The notes beneath the pieces are model-generated. The model saw nothing but the letters and a program-made list of their open reading frames with translations. It searched no databases and was not told the origin of the DNA. 64,000 nucleotides of DNA from the NCBI GenBank assembly GCA_025594325.1, contig JANHCV010000015.1, positions 620,001-684,000 of the forward strand, read 5' to 3'. The DNA comes from Blastocladiella emersonii ATCC 22665 (Eukaryota > Fungi > Blastocladiomycota). Position numbers and translations under genes: made by a program. How positions within the stretch are numbered: position 1 is the stretch's first letter; each line of letters starts with the position of its first letter. This document shows, piece after piece, positions 23,801-34,150 of the stretch.

Positions 23801-26800
23801 TCGGCGCGCAGATCCGCGCGCTCGTCGCCGCGGCGCAGGCCGCCGCCACCGCCGCGCCGCCGCGTCCCGAGGACGCCATGGACCAGAACGGCGAGCCGCG
23901 CGCCAAGTCACCGACCGTCGGCCAGCGCAAGGCCGGCGTGATCGCTCACTTTGACGCGTTTGACGTGCAGCACGCGTGGATCAAGGCGATGTCGGAGCTC
24001 AACCACCTCGTCGCCGCGACCACGGGGTGGACCTGGGATTCGGAGGTTGCCGACGCCCCGCGCCCGCGACCCGTGTACACGATCGGCCCGCAGTGTAACG
24101 CGACGGCGGCGCGCGCGACCATCGTCGAGCTCCTCATGGCCGCGTGGTCCGTGCTCAAGTACGCCGGCGACGCGGCGCCGTCGATCCAGTTGTCGGCCGA
24201 GGTGCGCCACGCGACGACGGCCGGCGGGGTCGCCCCCGCGGCCGCGGCTGAGGCTGCGGGTGAGGCAAAGCCGCCCGCCAGCGCTGCCGCCGCCTCGGGC
24301 AGCTCCGCGCCCAACGTCAACATCCTCGCGATGCTCGTGCAGACGACGCGCGGGTTCCTGGTCTCGGGCCGGACCGCGGGCAACCTGCGGCACACGGCGC
24401 ACGCGCTGAGCGTGCGCAAGTCGCTCGCGCGGCTGCCGCTCGGGATCGGCGCGGGCGCGGCGTGGGACGAGTCGGACCCGGATGCGGGGCGGCAGATCGG
24501 GCCCGCGTACACGACGGCCAAGCTCGCGCCGCGGTCGGTGCACGTGCTGCGCGCGCACACGCTGCACCTGCGGCGCGTCAAGGCGGTCGCGCAGCGCAAG
24601 CCGTGGGGCAACGCCGAGAACGCGCTCGTCGCATACCTGTACCCGCACGCGCTGTCGACGTACTCGGGCGTCCGCAACGCCGTCCAGGGCACGCTCGTCT
24701 CGGCGGGTCTGTCGAGCGGCCACCCGGCGCTGCGCCGCGAGATCATGGACCGTGTGCTCGCCGCGACGACCGCGTTGCCGTTCGCGACTGGGCTCGATAA
24801 GGACGAGCGCGCGGCACGGCTCCGGTCCGCGCTCGCCTTCTTCCGCCACGCGAGCATCCTGCGCACGCTCACCAGCAACCCGCAGTACTACTGGCCGTTC
24901 GCCCGTACCGTCCTCACCGTCGCCATGCACCAGGACCAGCCCCACCTCGTCGACTCGTTCCGCACCGCGATGCTCATGTTCATCGCGTTCGTGTCCGCGG
25001 TGCCGTTCACCCCGACGCCCGCGCCCAAGGCCCGCGCCGTCGCTGAGGAGGTCGGGTGGACGCGGTTCTCGGTCGTGCGCAAGGAGACTGCGGCGCCCGC
25101 CGCTGGTGGTGATGCGATGGCGGTCGACGGCGCTGCCGCCAAGGAAGAGTACGTGCCGCCGACGCCCGACGAGAAGCGCGCGCTGCTCCAGGACGCGCTG
25201 CACAAGATCCTCGCCGTGTACCTCACCGACGGCGCGTCGCTGCGCGCCGAGACCGAGGATGCGGGTGCTGCCGCGGCTGCGACCCCCGCCCCTGACGCCG
25301 CGCCGAGCGGCCCGATGACCATGACCAAGCTCCACTGGCGCGTTTCAACCGCGGTCCTGTTCCTGACGTCGGCGCTCATGGTGCGCGCGGACCTCGACAT
25401 GACGCCGGACCTCGTCCGCGTCATCACGCGGTCCATGATCCACCCGCACCCGAACATGCGCGCCATGGGCGAGGCGCTGCTGCAGAACGTGCAGTCGTGG
25501 CTCAAGAGCAAGGCGGGCAAGACGCCCGCGCGCGTCGAGCTCGCCGTCGACGACCAGCTGCGCGAATACCTGCGCAACGAGCGGGCGGTCCCCGGCGCCA
25601 TGCCGCCGCCGCCCGCCGGGACCGCGGCCGCCGAGCACCTGTTCCACTTCCACTCGACGGGCTGGCTGTGCTTCCCCGAGAAGATCACGGCGTACCGCAT
25701 CGGCGACCCGGCGGGCCCGCGGTACCGCGCCGAGGACGAGCTCGTCGCGGCCGAGATCCGCGCCGCGTTCGCCGACCCGCAGTGGGTCGAGCGCTTCTTC
25801 CACTTCCACACGCTCGAGCTCGCGACGCGGCCCGGTCAGCAGGTCAACATCTCGTGGAACTTCGCCAACCAGCTGCGCCACCTCGTCATGGTCCTCGGCC
25901 CCGCCGTCGTCGTCGACGCGGTGCTCCCGACCGCCGTCGCGCTGCTCCAGAGCCCGCACGACAAGTCGTTCAAGCTCAAGTGCGGGCTCGAGTGGGCGGC
26001 GGCGCTGCTGCGCGGGTCCAAGCACTGGGCGCAGGACGACCGCGACCGCGTCTATGCCACGTTCGTCCCGCACTGGACCGCCGCCATGACGGCCGCCGGG
26101 CCCGACACGTACTACATGTTCTATCACGCGCTGCGGTTCGTGCTTGGCAACCGCGACCCGCGCCAGACGCAGCCGCTCGTCGACGCCGTGATCCGGCTCG
26201 GCCGCGCCGTCGTCGCACGCCACACGGCGTCGACCCCGCCCGCCACGCCCGACGTGCCGATCCCCGCGGGCACCCCGGCCGTCGCTGCGGCTGCCGCGAC
26301 GGCGTCCTCGTCGGCGTCCGCGTTCGGCGACGCCAAGCGGCTCGTGTACTACCGCGCGCTCGTCGAGGCGTACGGCCCGCGCAGCCCCGCTGACGCTGAG
26401 GAGTGGGTCCACTCGATCATGCTGCCCGTCCTCAACCACCCGTTCAAGCTCGCCCGCGACACGCTCAGCCTGCTCCTCTCGCAGTCGATGCTCGCGGTCC
26501 ACCGCCTGATGCTGCGCGACTACGACGCGTGGATCGTCGAGGCCACGGCTACCCGCGAGCACGGGTGGGGCGAGGGCGACGGGTCCGCTGTCGTCGATGC
26601 GTCGCTCGACCCGATCTGCCGCGTGACCGAGGGCGTCGTCGCCGCGGTCGCCCGCGCCAACGCCGAGCCGCGCGTGCCCGGGACCGCGCCGAGCGCCGCC
26701 AAGAGCGCTGTCGTTCTCGCGCTCAGCGTCATCAACTCGTTCCGCGGCGCCGTCGCGCAGTGCGTCCTGCCGTCGCTCGTCCCCGTTGCGCTCCGGCTCG

Positions 26801-27600
26801 TACCGTCCGACGATGCCGAGGCCGCAGGGCTCGCCGCGCACGTCGTCGGGCTCGCAGCGCAGATCGAGCTCGTGTCGCGCGACGAGGTGTTCCGCATCAT
26901 CGACACGCTCGTCGCGTACGTCCGCGCGCCGCCTGCCGCCGCGGACCGGCCGGTGTCGCCCGTGGGCCCGAGTGACATGGATGTGGACTCGCCCGCGTCA
27001 CCCGTCGCGACGACGACGGCGGGCACGTCGTGGCAGATCCGGCTCAAGGTGCTGCGGTACATCCAGGTGGTCTACTTCCGGCACCTGTTCCTGCTGTCGC
27101 CCGCGGACCGCGCGGCCGTCCTCGATACGGTGTTCACGTTCCTGCCCGACCCGCACGTCGAGGTGCGCGCGCTCGCCGGCGTCACGGTCGCCGGCCTGCT
27201 GCAGTGCACGGGCGGGATCCGCGGGCCCGACGCGGCGCGCGTCCGCGCCCACGCGGCGCAGCTCCTGACGCAGTACCGCGTGCTCCCGAAACGGCGGCCC
27301 GGGCAGCCCCTGCCCGCCGGGTACGCGGACGCGGTCCGCATGCGCCACGCGGGCGTCCTCGCGCTCGCGGCGGTCGTCCGCGCGCACCCGTACGACGTGC
27401 CCGAGGGCATGCCCGAGATCCTCGTCAAGCTCGCGGCGTACGCCGAGGACCCCGTGCCGATCGGGACGGGTGTGCGCGGGATTTTCGCGGACTTCAAGCG
27501 CACGCACGCGGATACCTGGCACGTCGACGCCATGATGTTCGACGCCGACCAGCGCAGCGTGCTCGCCGACATGCTCGTGTCGCCGTCGTACTACGCTTAA
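20871..27600 (+). CDS. BLM10: Proteasome activator Blm10/PA200 (PSME4); intron 21647-21710
   Basis: About 2200-aa HEAT-type protein with HPSNRGAWT, LPGIDVNDHNKT and AHPYDVPEGMP motifs and the diagnostic C-terminal SPSYYA (HbYX). The splice gives LLK|KKELL. Confidence 0.96.
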
Positions 27601-28118
27601 GGGTGATATGTTTTGTTTGATACACACACGCGTTTTGCCGTTTTGAATGCCCTCATGAACACGACCGTCGTGATGGCATGCTCACCGGCGTGCCGACCCG
27701 TTTGCGTGTGCGAGGCGCGTGGCGCAGTGCCCGGAATCAGTGCGCCAGCCGCGTGGTGACGATGGCCCATGTGGCTTAGCCCATGTCTCCGCCGCGCTTG
27801 TCCCTCAGCGGGGGCCGTGGCTGAAGCGCTCGACCACGCGCCGCGCCGCTTCGCTCATCTTCTCCCCGCTCTCGAACGCTTCTCGGTGCCTCGCCACACG
27901 CCTTGGGCAGGGAGTGCGCGAAAGGTCGTCGGCGAGTACAAAAAGGTCGGCCGTCCCCGCCCATTCCCCCTCTCTCGCTCGGACCACACATCCCATCGTC
28001 GAGAGTCTGCCGGTCAGCTCTTCTTCATCTCATCCACCTTCCTCTTCCCTCCCTGTACAATCTCTCTTGCGTCGAGCTGGCTCGAACGATCCCATCCCAC
28101 ACCACCATCACCATCACC

Positions 28119-29153
28119 ATGCAGACCTCGTCCTCCATCGCCACCCTCCTCGCGCTCCTCGTCGCGACCATGACCGCGTCCGCGCTCGCCGCGAGCGTCG
28201 GCGGCGGCAGCAGCAAGGCCGTCGAGTGGGGCTACGAGGCGCTCGACGGGCCGAGCAAGTGGGGCACGCTGAGCGCCGACTTCAAGATGTGCGACGCGGG
28301 CCGCAGCCAGTCGCCCGTCAACTTCAAGGGCAACGACGTGCGCAAGGACGGGTTCCCGGACTTCAAGCTGGCCAGCATCTCCAAGTTCAACATCAGCAAC
28401 CTCGGGCACACTCTGCAGTTCACGCCCGTCGACGCGGCCGCCAAGGACCGCGGGCTGACCGTCAACGGGACCAAGTTCACGCTACAGCAGTTCCACATCC
28501 ACACGCCGTCCGAGCACCGCATCGACGGCCGCTTCTTCGACGGCGAGTTCCACCTGGTCCACGCCTCGCCCGAGGGCAAGATCGCGGTCCTCGGCGTGTT
28601 CATTGACCAGACGGCGACGGACAACCCGAAGTGGACCGAGGCGCTCGCCAAGATCCCCGAGGGCGACAAGACGGCCACGCTCGACGCGCTGCTCGACACC
28701 CAGGACATTGTCGCGCTGACCAAGGGCGGCCACTTCTCGTACTCGGGCAGCCTCACCACCCCGCCCTGCACCGAGGGCGTCACCTGGTTCGTCGCGTCGC
28801 AGCCGCTCACCATGAGCGTGAGCCAGCTCGAGAAGATCACCAACGTTATCGGCTACTCGTCGCGCCCGACCATGTTCAACTCGGGCATCGCCCAGCGCTA
28901 CGGCCTCAAAGCCCCCGCGCCCGCCGCGGGCGCCGCTGCTGGCGGCTCGTACGCCGGCGCGCCGGCCATGGGGGGTTCGACCGCGACCAAGTCTGCCGCG
29001 CCCGCCAAGCCCACGGCCGCGAACGTGCAGGCGGCTAAGGACTCCAAGGCCACCGAGCAGTCGGCCATGGCGTCGTCGGCCGACCCCGCCGCCCGCGCGG
29101 GCCTCGCGGCCGTCGCCGCGATCGTCGCGTCGCTCGCCGCCTACATGGCCTAA
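28119..29153 (+). CDS. Alpha-class carbonic anhydrase with signal peptide and probable GPI-anchor signal (344 aa)
   Basis: WGY, QSPVN, NLGHT, QFHIHTPSEH (two Zn His), EFHLVH (third His) and YSGSLTTPPCTEGVTW. Hydrophobic N-terminus, Ala/Ser linker and hydrophobic C-terminal tail. Confidence 0.93.
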   Translation: MQTSSSIATLLALLVATMTASALAASVGGGSSKAVEWGYEALDGPSKWGTLSADFKMCDAGRSQSPVNFKGNDVRKDGFPDFKLASISKFNISNLGHTLQFTPVDAAAKDRGLTVNGTKFTLQQFHIHTPSEHRIDGRFFDGEFHLVHASPEGKIAVLGVFIDQTATDNPKWTEALAKIPEGDKTATLDALLDTQDIVALTKGGHFSYSGSLTTPPCTEGVTWFVASQPLTMSVSQLEKITNVIGYSSRPTMFNSGIAQRYGLKAPAPAAGAAAGGSYAGAPAMGGSTATKSAAPAKPTAANVQAAKDSKATEQSAMASSADPAARAGLAAVAAIVASLAAYMA

Positions 29154-29585
29154 TGACGGATATCTCTTCATCATCGCCGTGGTCGATCATCCTCTTGTAC
29201 ATACTCTTGAATAAAGTGATCGCATGGTGAATCATCCCACTCGATTGAACGTGAGCGGAAAGGGAGCGGTCTACTTGTTCAGGCTCGCGGTCGCGAGCGA
29301 GGACGGCAAGTTCAATGTTCAGCAACTTCACGTCGAAGCTGTCCTCGCACACTCGCGACGAAGGGCTCGATGTGGACCCGGAGAGAAAGAGGGCACAATG
29401 AGCTCAGCTCGAGTCGCACGAGGAAACCGGCCACTCAAGGACTCGATTGTAGTCGTGTAATGCGCAACTCTCAGCCAGAATGGGAATAAGTGAGATGTGA
29501 AGAGATCGATTCGAATGTATTCCGGATACGCTCGAACCGCAGAGTATGAACAAAATGAACAGCTTCGTGTCAAACGAAGGCGCGC

Positions 29586-30185
29586 TTAGGCGATGGGCGA
29601 GGCGAACGTGGCCGCGGCCTCGGCCTGGGCGTGAGCATCGGCGGCCTGCGAAACCGACGAGTGATCAGCAGCAGCAAACTCGTCAGCGCCAGTCGAGACG
29701 GACGAGGCGCCGAAGGCCTCGGGCTGGACCGCCGTGTGGAAGACGTCGCCGCCGGCCGACTGGAACGCGTCGCCGCCGTTGCTGTCCGTCGACTGCAGGT
29801 ACGAGCCGTCGTCGTCGCGCTGGCAGCGGCCGCCGCGGCCGTAGCCGCCGCCGGTGTTGCTGCCCCAGTTCGAGCCCCAGTTGGACCCCCAGTTGCTGCT
29901 CCAGTCCGACGACCAGTCCGAGTTCCAGTTGCCGCCGCCCGAAGAGTGGCCGCCGCCGTTGTACGAGCCGCCGCCGCCCGAGTGGCTGCCGCCGCCGTTG
30001 AAGTTGCCGCCTCCGTTGAAGTGGCCTCCGCCGTTGTAGTTGCCGCCCGCGTGACCCCCGCCGTTGAAGGAACCGCCACCGTTGAAGCCGCCACCAGCGT
30101 GACCACCACCGCCAACGTAGCCGCTGCCGCCCACGTGCGCCCCGACGACGGCGCCGATCTTGCCGCTGATGAGACCGAAAGTCAT
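29586..30185 (-). CDS. Gly/Ser/Asn-rich low-complexity protein with WxS(D/N) repeats, paralogue 1 (199 aa)
   Basis: ACCATG start and upstream GTATAAAG. Shares GRCQRDDDGSYLQS and HSSVS.AADAHAQAEAAA with the gene at 56367-56864. Confidence 0.75.
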   Translation of the reverse strand: MTFGLISGKIGAVVGAHVGGSGYVGGGGHAGGGFNGGGSFNGGGHAGGNYNGGGHFNGGGNFNGGGSHSGGGGSYNGGGHSSGGGNWNSDWSSDWSSNWGSNWGSNWGSNTGGGYGRGGRCQRDDDGSYLQSTDSNGGDAFQSAGGDVFHTAVQPEAFGASSVSTGADEFAAADHSSVSQAADAHAQAEAAATFASPIA

Positions 30186-30303
30186 GGTTGAGGAGGTGTG
30201 GTTGGAGTGTGGGGTGTTCGAAGAGTGGGTGTGAGTGAGGCCTGCTCGCTCTTACTGTTGTTGCTGATGCTGATCCGACTCGAAGTGCGAGGACGCGACC
30301 GCT

Positions 30304-30311
30304 CTTTATAC
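30304..30311 (-). promoter_or_regulatory. TATA-like box GTATAAAG about 120 bp upstream of the 30185 start
   Basis: The same octamer lies upstream of the paralogue (56263-56270). Confidence 0.5.
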
Positions 30312-31679
30312 TTTTCCCCGTCGCGACGTCGGCCGAGCTCAAGTTGCGCAATCCGCTACTGATCGCGTCCAAAATAGCGACAACCCTGACACGATCCCGC
30401 GGCGTTCTCGTTGTCTTCGGCCGCGTCCGCAGCAGCACTTGATCGCGCTCCGCAGCGGAGACGCGTCAGCCAGGCTGGGTGGCTCAGCTTTGACCCCGCA
30501 GTCGCAGTGTGGCTGAGTTCGCGCCTGCGGCTCGGCGCCCACTGAACGCGACGCCACCGGTCGCGCGTCACCCCGCGTGGCGCGACGCGTCGACACTGAC
30601 TGCTGCGGTTCGCCGGCGCCCAGGGTCAAACCGGCTGTCGGAACGACGTGAGCCAAAATTGGTCGCGGAAGATGACGCAAGCGCTCGTCATTGCCCCGCG
30701 TGTGAGGCGCGATCCGCACGGGAGATGAGCGTCGCGCTCGAGCTGAGTGCGTGTAACGGTCGCTCTTCGCCAACTTATACCACAAACCTCCACAGTTGGG
30801 GGATATCGGAGCGTTTCTTAACCCTCAACTTGCATGACAGGACTACTGATGCGACCAATGATGGCGAAGCGATCCGTCGCGTAAGGCGCCTCGGCTGTTA
30901 CGGCAAGGGACCATGGAACAAAAACTGGTGCTCCAAGTAGATTCTGTCGATAATCGCCAGTTTAGGTAGCTTCCTTCTGCACAAGTTGACATTTCACGTG
31001 TCCGCGTCCAATGTCTGTTGAATGTTGGTCGTCGCTCTCTCTCCTCGACGCAAGTTGCTTATGAAACATTAAAGTATCGAACCAAATGTCGTACCCGGTT
31101 GCATTTCAATTTCTACCTGTTGTCCCAGGACTGGAAGATTCGCAGGACCCGCAACACACGTTTTACTTCCAGGCCTTACCTTCGGCTATCGTGCAACACC
31201 AAGGCATCGCCGAAACGGCTCCGGCTGCGCGACCCTTTGCGCAAGGGGGTCTGCGCAAACTCGGCCGCGGCGCCAGCTAAAGTGGCGCAGGAGTTTGTGC
31301 AAAGGGTCGCGCGAACCGGGTCGGTGCCCTCGCCGTCTCCGAGTTCCCGCTCCCCACGCACGCATCGACCAGCATGAACCATGAATTTTCTGCTCCGGCG
31401 ACTTGATGCAACCTATTTATGAACAATTGCCCGAGACTTTGACGCGGTGAAGAGAGGTTTTGCGCTTTGACTCGTGTTCGACCCGTGAGACTGCGTCGCT
31501 CGCGAGCGCGAAACGCGTAAAGTCACCGATGCGGCAGCGAGAGTGATGATCTGAGAGAACGAGGTCATGTATTTCGACCAGCGGCGCCCGCCACGCGCCG
31601 CAGCTCGTTCTCGTCGCGAATACTGCAAGGGACGGCGCTCGCTACGCGCCGCCGCGGGATCCGACGGGTCCCCTACACA

Positions 31680-33010
31680 ATCACCTCGAGCAGGTCGCGC
31701 TCCCACAGGAACGCCATGAGCGCGGCCGACCCAGCGCAGTCGAACGGGTTGAGCAGCCACTCCCTATACTCGCTGTCGAGCAGGGCGTTTGCTCCGCCCG
31801 CGCGCGTAGGCGCCGCGGGCCGGTCGTAGTTGGGCACGACGTGGACAAAGGTCTGGAAGGCCGCCACGTCCAGAGCGTGGTAGCGGCCGAGACCCATCCC
31901 CGGCACCGCGGGATGCAGGGCAAGAACCTGTACCGGAATGTTCGTGTACTTTTTGCCGCCGCCCGGCGCGTCGTCCTGGACGCGGAACTGCTCGACGATG
32001 GCCACGTCGTGCTCGGTGCCGTTGTGCGTGAAGTGCAGCGCGGCGGCCAGCTTCCCGACGCGGTACTTCTTGTCCGACGTGAGATACTACCGTACGCGAG
32101 ATAATAGCAGATGTGAGCGACCGAACGATTCGGGTATGAGCACAGCCAGCAGCGTACCATGACCCAGTCCGCGTGCGTCTTGCCGCGGGTCGGGAACTGG
32201 CACTTGCCCGTGAGCTGCTCGTTGCGGAACCCGCCGAGTGAGAAGGCCTCGAACGAGATTGCCTTGGACATGAGGAACTACACGCATCGCGAGCCGGGGA
32301 GCGTCAGTTCCTCGTCACGTTGATGCAGATCGCGCGCACGCGGGTAACTTGCCGTCGTCAGGACCCAGCAGTGGATCGTCAGCCGCGCGCTGCGCCGAGA
32401 GTGCAGCGTCCTCGGCCAGGTAATCATGGAGGATCTGGGCGAGGAACGGGATACGGGTCGAGAGCTGGCCCACGCTCGAGCTCTCGGTCGTGCCGAACGA
32501 GAAGTGCACCTCGCGGCCGGGACCAAACTTGATGCGGTCAAACGTCGTCGCCTTGAGCGTGGTCAGGCGCACGTCGGTCAGGTTATTGATGATCTCGTCC
32601 ATGCCCTCGTATTCCTGTGATGCGATGGTTACGACGCGAGCGTTAGTGATGCTCCACGGCGCGCTAGAGTCAGCGAATCTGAACCGCGGGGTCGCACTCC
32701 CTCACGAGCGTGCGCACGATCGCCTGCAGGGCCTCGCACGAGGCCATGCGCGAGAAGGTCTGTTCGGTCGAGGTCGCCGTGTGGTTCGTGAACTTGACCA
32801 CGAGCTTGGCGTTGAACTTGTACATGCGCTCCCTCGCCTCGGTCGACAGGTTCGTGGTGGGGCCGAAGCGCTTGATGAACTCGACGTACTCGCTCAGGCA
32901 GTGGTAGTTGGGCGTGTGGATCATGGTGTAGTTGTTGAGGCGCGCACACACAAGGCGAGCGGCCTGGTCGAACCAGCCGAGGGCCAGTTCAGCTTACTCG
33001 GGCGACCGGT
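31680..33010 (-). pseudogene. Plavaka-like (CACTA-superfamily) transposase, C-terminal half, with stops and frameshifts
   Basis: HTPNYHCLSEYVEFIKRFGPTTNLSTEARERMYKFNAK...TN resembles the Plavaka HY...I..FG...YNTE..ERLH...AK...TN block. C-terminal FVHVVPNY...WLLNPFD. Confidence 0.65.
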
Positions 33011-33029
33011 CGCTCGGCGCTGATCCGCG

Positions 33030-33731
33030 GAGCAGAGTGCAGTGGAGCTCATGGCCAAGCTCGACTCGATCATCCTCATGGACATCAAGAACCCGTCCAC
33101 GACGGTCGTCGAGACGTCGAGCAGCGTCAACCACGACCTTGACCATGACCATCGATTCTGACGTGCTGTTCCTCGGACTCGAAGGCGTTCGAGGTCGAGT
33201 ACAGCGAGACCCAGGTCATGCTCGGTCACGGTGCGTACTTGACCTGGTTCGCGGTCTTGGACGCGCACCTCGAGCTCCTCGCTGACGCACACACCCCGCT
33301 GCACATCAAGCTGCCGGTCGCCGGCACCGAGATCGACAAGTCCAAGTTCCTCGACTCGCTGTCGTGCACGGATAAGTCGCCCGCCGGCCACCAAGACCAC
33401 TCGGAGCGTCTCTTGCGCTTAACCACCGCTTCGCCCCGCCTCGCTGACCCCGCGCCCTTCCGCACCAGGGCAACGACACTCGGCGGCGCGAAAGTCCAAG
33501 CTCGACTCGCTGCGACGGTCGGTGACCGTGGCCATCGCCGACGCCAAGTGCGAGATCACGTCGGTCAAGGAGATCAAGGGCGCCAGCCTCCGCGCGGCCA
33601 TCAAGCGCGCCCGCTCGGCCCGATCAAGATCGAGTGCCACGTCGAACGTGGGCGGGTGGCCACGGGTCGGCGGCATCGAGAACGAGCTCAAGCACTCGTT
33701 CCCGCGCATCAAGGAGTGGCGGCGGCGGTAG
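33030..33731 (+). pseudogene. Decayed coding fragment of unknown function inside the Plavaka-like element
   Basis: Frame-hopping runs with strong GC3 bias (VELMAKLDSIIL.., AFEVEYSETQVMLGHG.., AIADAKCEITSVKEIKG..SFPRIKEWRRR*). Confidence 0.4.
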
Positions 33732-34150
33732 TGGTCGCGGACGAGCTCGGGCCGCGAGAGCCGGACGGGCGCGGTGGCGGCCGCGAGCAGTGGCGTATTA
33801 TAATCAGTATAGCGCTATTATTCGAATCGGTCTATCGGTATGCCTATCAGGGTGAGCACGTGAACTATTCGGGAGCGCGGCGCGTCTGGCGGCGCGAACC
33901 AGGCGCGACCTCTTGCGCCAACGTTTGCGCGAACCGAGGCCCTGGTTTGCGCATACATGAGGTCTCGATGGTGCCCAACATCGGCCCCTTTGCGCAAACC
34001 TTCGCGCAACGGGTCGCGCAAGGGGGGTTCGCGCAAGGGTTTGCGCCAACCGATGCGCAAAAGAACCAATGGCTGGGAGCTGTTTCGGCGATGAAGCTAC
34101 GAGCTTCCGCACTCCGCAAGTCGCAGTTCAAACGCAGTTCGGAAAGATGG

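Larger units (their letters stand above)
31205..34093. mobile_element. Internally deleted Plavaka/CACTA-like DNA element bounded by an inverted repeat and subterminal repeats
   Basis: CATCGCCGAAACGGCTCC (31205-31222) matches the reverse complement of 34076-34093 at 17/18. TGCGCGACCC/TTGCGC(G)AA motifs repeat inside both ends. Outer termini and TSD are not resolved. Confidence 0.55.

Noticed and set aside
31190-34110. CACTA/CACTG termini and 3-bp TSD for the Plavaka-like element
   Set aside because: No CACT(A/G) end is visible. An AAG on both sides is offset by one base, so it was not accepted as a TSD, and the right end may be disrupted by Helitron B.
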